Virus record (IMG/VR): IMGVR_UViG_3300025096_000008 | Coordinates: 23,183 to 87,182 of that record | DNA: 64,000 nucleotides | DNA from: a virus | Reading direction: 5' to 3' (one strand) | Shown here: positions 60,298 to 64,000 of the stretch, in pieces | Layout: each line of letters starts with the position of its first letter | Position numbering within the stretch: position 1 is the first letter of the stretch | The notes under the pieces: model-generated | Database searches by the model: none | Seen by the model: the letters and a program-made list of their open reading frames with translations, nothing else | What the model was told of the DNA's origin: nothing | Program-made: the position numbers and the translations under genes

Positions 60298-60324
60298 TAT
60301 TGTATAATGGAATAAATAATAGAT

Positions 60325-60358
60325 AAAAGAAAGGGTTTCGTCCGAAACCCTTTCTTTT
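60325..60358. terminator. perfect 16-bp hairpin terminator
   Basis: AAAAGAAAGGGTTTCG-TC-CGAAACCCTTTCTTTT. Confidence 0.9.
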
Positions 60359-60554
60359 TATAATTAAGATTGGAGGTGATATTATGGAAAAACATACTAC
60401 CGCTTTGGCAATCTCTTTCGGAGGTGCTCTGGTCGTAACTCTTGTTTGTGCATTCTTTTTTGGGGCGATTAATCATCCTGGACACTGTGGAGCTAGCAAT
60501 CCTAATGATTTAGACTACGATGCCTTGTTTTCTGATGCTGGGTATGAATAATCG

Positions 60555-61124
60555 ATGAGTGTGCTGGACGAGAAGGTTCTTGTGTTAGATAAGGGGTATC
60601 AGCCCGTACATGTCGTCAGTGCTAAAAATGCTATCTATCTGCTTTTCCGAGAGGTAGGCAAAGTTATCGATGAAGACTGGAATGTACACTCCCTAGAGGA
60701 GTGGATAGAGAAGAATAACGGCATTGAATGTGAGAAGCCGGTAAGAACTCCAAGATATAGTTTTCCAGTACCAAACATAGTTTTATTAAGATTTTATGTG
60801 AAAAAAAACCTTCCCATGCTTAAGTGCAATAAGAGCAACATTTGTCTGAGAGATAACTGGCGATGTGGATATTGCGATAAGAAAATGAGGGAGAGGGATT
60901 GTACAATTGATCACATTGTCCCTGTCTCACTCGGAGGTATAACGGAGTGGACAAATGTCGTAATCTCCTGTTCGAAATGCAACAATAGGAAAGGCAATCG
61001 GACAATAGAGGAATCTGGTTTGGAGCTTAAGACAGACATATATATCCCTAGTTGGTCAAAGCAAATTCTAAAAAGATACATTGGTAATGATAGCTATCAT
61101 CCATGGAAATCTTTCTTGAGGTAG
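60555..61124 (+). CDS. HNH endonuclease
   Basis: VLVLD..YQPV, RDNWRCGYC, TIDHIVP.S.GG, W.NVV.SC..CN.RKG. Confidence 0.92.
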   Translation: MSVLDEKVLVLDKGYQPVHVVSAKNAIYLLFREVGKVIDEDWNVHSLEEWIEKNNGIECEKPVRTPRYSFPVPNIVLLRFYVKKNLPMLKCNKSNICLRDNWRCGYCDKKMRERDCTIDHIVPVSLGGITEWTNVVISCSKCNNRKGNRTIEESGLELKTDIYIPSWSKQILKRYIGNDSYHPWKSFLR

Positions 61125-61153
61125 TTAGCTGCTGATTAGCCTACTTATTTTTG

Positions 61154-62184
61154 ATGAGAAACGGAGATTTAGTTGTTTTCAAGTATTTCAAAAATAGCTA
61201 TAAAAATGAAAACTATTTAGGTATAATAGTAAGCACCCAAACTGATATCTTGATTCCCACTGAATGGGGATATGATAAGGTGGATCTAGTTCTCGTTAAC
61301 TGGTTCGATCCAGAAGGCGCCGAGGATCTACCTTACCACACTATCGGGCTTAATGGAGAGAGGTGGTATCATAAGGGTCAATTTTACCTCGTAGGAGAAT
61401 AGTATGGCAGCATTTAAAGTAGGAGATTGGGTAATGGTAACTCCGTCTGCAGACTACCATTGGGAGTATTGGACAATTACCCACACAGAATTTGCCGGTG
61501 AGTATGCTGAGATTTTGGCTATTCAGCCAGATCAAGTAGATCCAAGTGTCGAGTATTATTATCTCAGGCTCAATGCACTTGGCACGGAGCAACCACTTGA
61601 AGCATGGTTCTTGCCTCGTCATGTAATTCTCGCCAAGAAGGCAGATGTCTATTCGAGCAATAACCTCAAGAAAGCCTGTGATGAACTACAGGAGTGGGAG
61701 ACCAAGAAGAGGAAGTTGGTCGATGATGCACTGAGACATGTCTTTGGAAATCCGAAGAAGGAAGTTCGACCACTACGGAAAAGGGTAGGATTGGCTAGCA
61801 GTGACGAGAGGAGTGCCGCCACACTTTTTGACGATGAGTGGGAAGAAGAAACAATAGAGATAGATATAAATCATATTGTGCCGGCAGACTACGAAGGCTG
61901 GGATTGAGATGGAACTCAGTAAGGATACATCATATAAATCTGGCGACCTAGTTTATTGTGATGTCTTGGAAGTTGCCAAGCACGAATGGGAGTTTGGCAC
62001 AACTTATGGTAGGTTAAGAGGCATAGAATCTATCACAGATATGTGGCCGTGGATTATGTGTATTGTTATAGAGGTTCGAAAAACATTAAAGGTAGCAAAG
62101 CTCTATATTCCATTCCTCGGCATTACGATAAGGGCACCGTTTTCTGGTATTAGAGCTTACGAAGGGAGAGGTACAAAGGAATGA
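61154..62184 (+). other. three tandem GDLV-type ORFs (61154-61402, 61404-61907, 61909-62184)
   Basis: MRNGDLV, FKVGDWV, YKSGDLV. Confidence 0.6.
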
Positions 62185-62804
62185 CAACAATTAAAAATGT
62201 AATGGCTGACTTGTTTGTAGAGCAGTTTAAAACAGCTATGAAAAAGAAGAAACATGCTTTCTTCGATTCTTACTTATCTTATAATCTGAACATTATTGGA
62301 GTAAGAAAGAAAAACAATTTATCTAATCAGTTCGACGATAACATAAATGTTATTTATCGAAACTCGGATAAAGAGTGGGAGGTATTTTCGGCGGCTGCTA
62401 CGACAGATCCAGGCAGGACGGCACTATTCAAGCCTCTAAGCAGAAAAGGGACCGCTATTTTGGTGCCTGGACAATACCGTGGCTCTCACAAGATAGACTT
62501 ACATGCCGGCAAATATACCGCCTTAAGGCAAAGCGGAGGAACGGTGAAGGTATGGCGAGACAATGATAAGGATAGTATATTAGATATGGACGACTCCAAG
62601 ATAGAAGAGGGTTATTTCGGGATAAACATCCATAGAGCGTCAAGGTATGGCGAAACAAGCTTGGTGAACTCTTACAGTGCTGGGTGTCAGGTATTTCAAA
62701 GTATTACTGACTTCAGAGAATTTATGGAGCTATGTGAGATGAGTGCTTCAAAGTTTTCGAACAAGTTTACATACACACTGTTAGAAGAAGGAGATTTTTC
62801 GTGA
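62181..62804 (+). CDS. L,D-transpeptidase-like (YkuD fold) cell-wall enzyme
   Basis: TTDPG, PGQY, GINIH...SAGCQV (H...SxGC). Confidence 0.6.
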   Translation: MTTIKNVMADLFVEQFKTAMKKKKHAFFDSYLSYNLNIIGVRKKNNLSNQFDDNINVIYRNSDKEWEVFSAAATTDPGRTALFKPLSRKGTAILVPGQYRGSHKIDLHAGKYTALRQSGGTVKVWRDNDKDSILDMDDSKIEEGYFGINIHRASRYGETSLVNSYSAGCQVFQSITDFREFMELCEMSASKFSNKFTYTLLEEGDFS

Positions 62805-63047
62805 AAGAAATAAATACAAATCTATTAACACTTGAGAACATAGAATATCAAATTGCACTACAAGAATACACTGAAGCAAAGCAAGATATGGATAGAGAGA
62901 TTCCCACCAAGGACAGGCTAAAGAGAATTATAGTAGCAGCATCGAATTTGGCTAAAATTCGTAAAAAAATGCAAGATAACTCGCCACAAGCATAAAAACT
63001 TCGTTTTTCAGCTTAAAATAGGCACTCTCAAGACTATTTATTTTCGT

Positions 63048-63833
63048 ATGTCATATTTTTTTAAAGAATGGAAGAAACTCATCACTGAAAAGGCGGATCC
63101 GAAAGATATCGACCTTTCAAGCTTCGAAGTAAAGGACATTCTAAGTCCAGATGTCTGGGAAGATGATGATTTTATAAAATCCGAAGTAAAAAACAACCTT
63201 AAAACGATAGCAGAGGACTTTTTGGATGGCTTAGACATCAAAAAGAGCCTTATTGATGATATTGTCATTACTGGAAGTGGCGCCAACTACAATTGGAGCA
63301 AGTTTTCCGATGTTGACTTACATATTCTCTTAGATTTCTCGAAAATTGATGAAAATACCGATCTTGTGAAGAAAATGTTTGATAAAGCAAGAATAAATTG
63401 GAATAGAACCCACGATATCAATATTGGGAAGCACGAAGTCGAAATATATGCCCAAGACACGAATGAGCCACATGTTTCGACTGGTGTTTACTCTGTTTTA
63501 GACGATAAATGGGTAGTAAAGCCAAATAAGCTCCAAGTGACCCTACAAAAAGACGATATAAAGAAGAAAGCGGCACAACTAATGGAAGAAATCGACGAAA
63601 TAGAGAAAGAGGCTGCCAGTAGCCCAGGAAAAACATACGATTCTATCATTTCTTTGAAGAAGAAAATACAAAAAATGCGAAGATGTGGACTCGAAAAGGG
63701 AGGTGAGTTTTCGGTCGAGAACCTTGCTTTTAAAGTTCTTCGAAGAAATGGTTATTTACAAAAATTGAGTGATATGAAACTAACTGCTTACGATAGCCTG
63801 CTTAGTTTAGAGGAATTAGAGAAAGATGATTAA
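63048..63833 (+). CDS. Pol-beta superfamily nucleotidyltransferase with a capsid-targeting-like tag
   Basis: ITGSGANYNW...SDVDLH, VEIY; N-terminus MSYFFKEWKKLITE; ACTATTTAT at 63033. Confidence 0.75.
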   Translation: MSYFFKEWKKLITEKADPKDIDLSSFEVKDILSPDVWEDDDFIKSEVKNNLKTIAEDFLDGLDIKKSLIDDIVITGSGANYNWSKFSDVDLHILLDFSKIDENTDLVKKMFDKARINWNRTHDINIGKHEVEIYAQDTNEPHVSTGVYSVLDDKWVVKPNKLQVTLQKDDIKKKAAQLMEEIDEIEKEAASSPGKTYDSIISLKKKIQKMRRCGLEKGGEFSVENLAFKVLRRNGYLQKLSDMKLTAYDSLLSLEELEKDD

Positions 63834-64000
63834 AATAAAGATAAAACCCGAGTATTCCGGCTGCCTAGAAGAGGCGATGGCGGATCTAAAAGCAATGAAG
63901 GCAAAATACAAGGACGATCCCATCCTATCTAAGATAGTTGATGCTCTAGAAGACAGAGATCCATCCGGCAATCACAAATATATCAACTGGGCAATGAAAC
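63826..64000 (+). CDS. 5' part of a hypothetical protein (truncated at the edge)
   Basis: MIKIKIKPEYSGCLEEA... open to the window end. Confidence 0.6.
   Translation, partial: MIKIKIKPEYSGCLEEAMADLKAMKAKYKDDPILSKIVDALEDRDPSGNHKYINWAMK

Noticed and set aside
287-63636. Numerous minus-strand ORFs in the track (e.g. 17310-17897, 19503-20030, 27242-27925)
   Set aside because: They shadow well-supported + strand genes, have Ser/Phe-rich antisense composition, and show no recognisable motifs
1-64000. Bacterial chromosome or integrated prophage interpretation
   Set aside because: gp32/UvsX-type genes, one-strand packing of tiny ORFs, unlinked groES/groEL, and no integrase or housekeeping operons

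Overview
This window is a gene-dense segment of a large (jumbo/huge-type) tailed dsDNA phage genome, with essentially all credible genes on the + strand. 1-23.6 kb is a T4-like replication and chaperone block: gp32-like SSB, UvsX/RecA, ClpP-like protease, flap/5'-3' exonuclease, DnaB/gp41 helicase, class II (B12) ribonucleotide reductase, family C (DnaE) polymerase, dUTPase, phage Dam-family methylase, GroEL, GroES-like, glutaredoxin, Hsp20 and a tRNA(CAU). 23.6-64 kb is accessory: a MopE-repeat/vWA lipoprotein, M15 peptidase, MoxR AAA + vWA pair, a nuclease/DUF262/methylase island, Mom-like DNA modification enzyme, GIY-YIG and HNH nucleases, tRNA-Ala(GGC), an L,D-transpeptidase-like protein, a Pol-beta nucleotidyltransferase and more than 20 small 'GDLV' SH3/KOW-like ORFs. 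The Cys/Asp-rich lipoproteins and IHF/CRP-type sites suggest a Gram-negative host, plausibly Myxococcota (inference). Two promoter classes can be read from the DNA: sigma70-type CTTGACA-17-TAnnnT promoters, about half with a TGATC/GATCA element, and a recurrent ACTA(T/C)TTAT late-type motif. The strongest candidate new system is a set of late-motif-associated genes sharing a T4 internal-protein-like N-terminal tag fused to unrelated enzymes: a T3 gp0.3-like SAM lyase, an ADP-ribosyltransferase-like protein, a PD-(D/E)xK-like protein and a nucleotidyltransferase. These could form a virion-packaged, co-injected anti-defence cargo. All assignments come from motif recognition by eye; no database searches were run.
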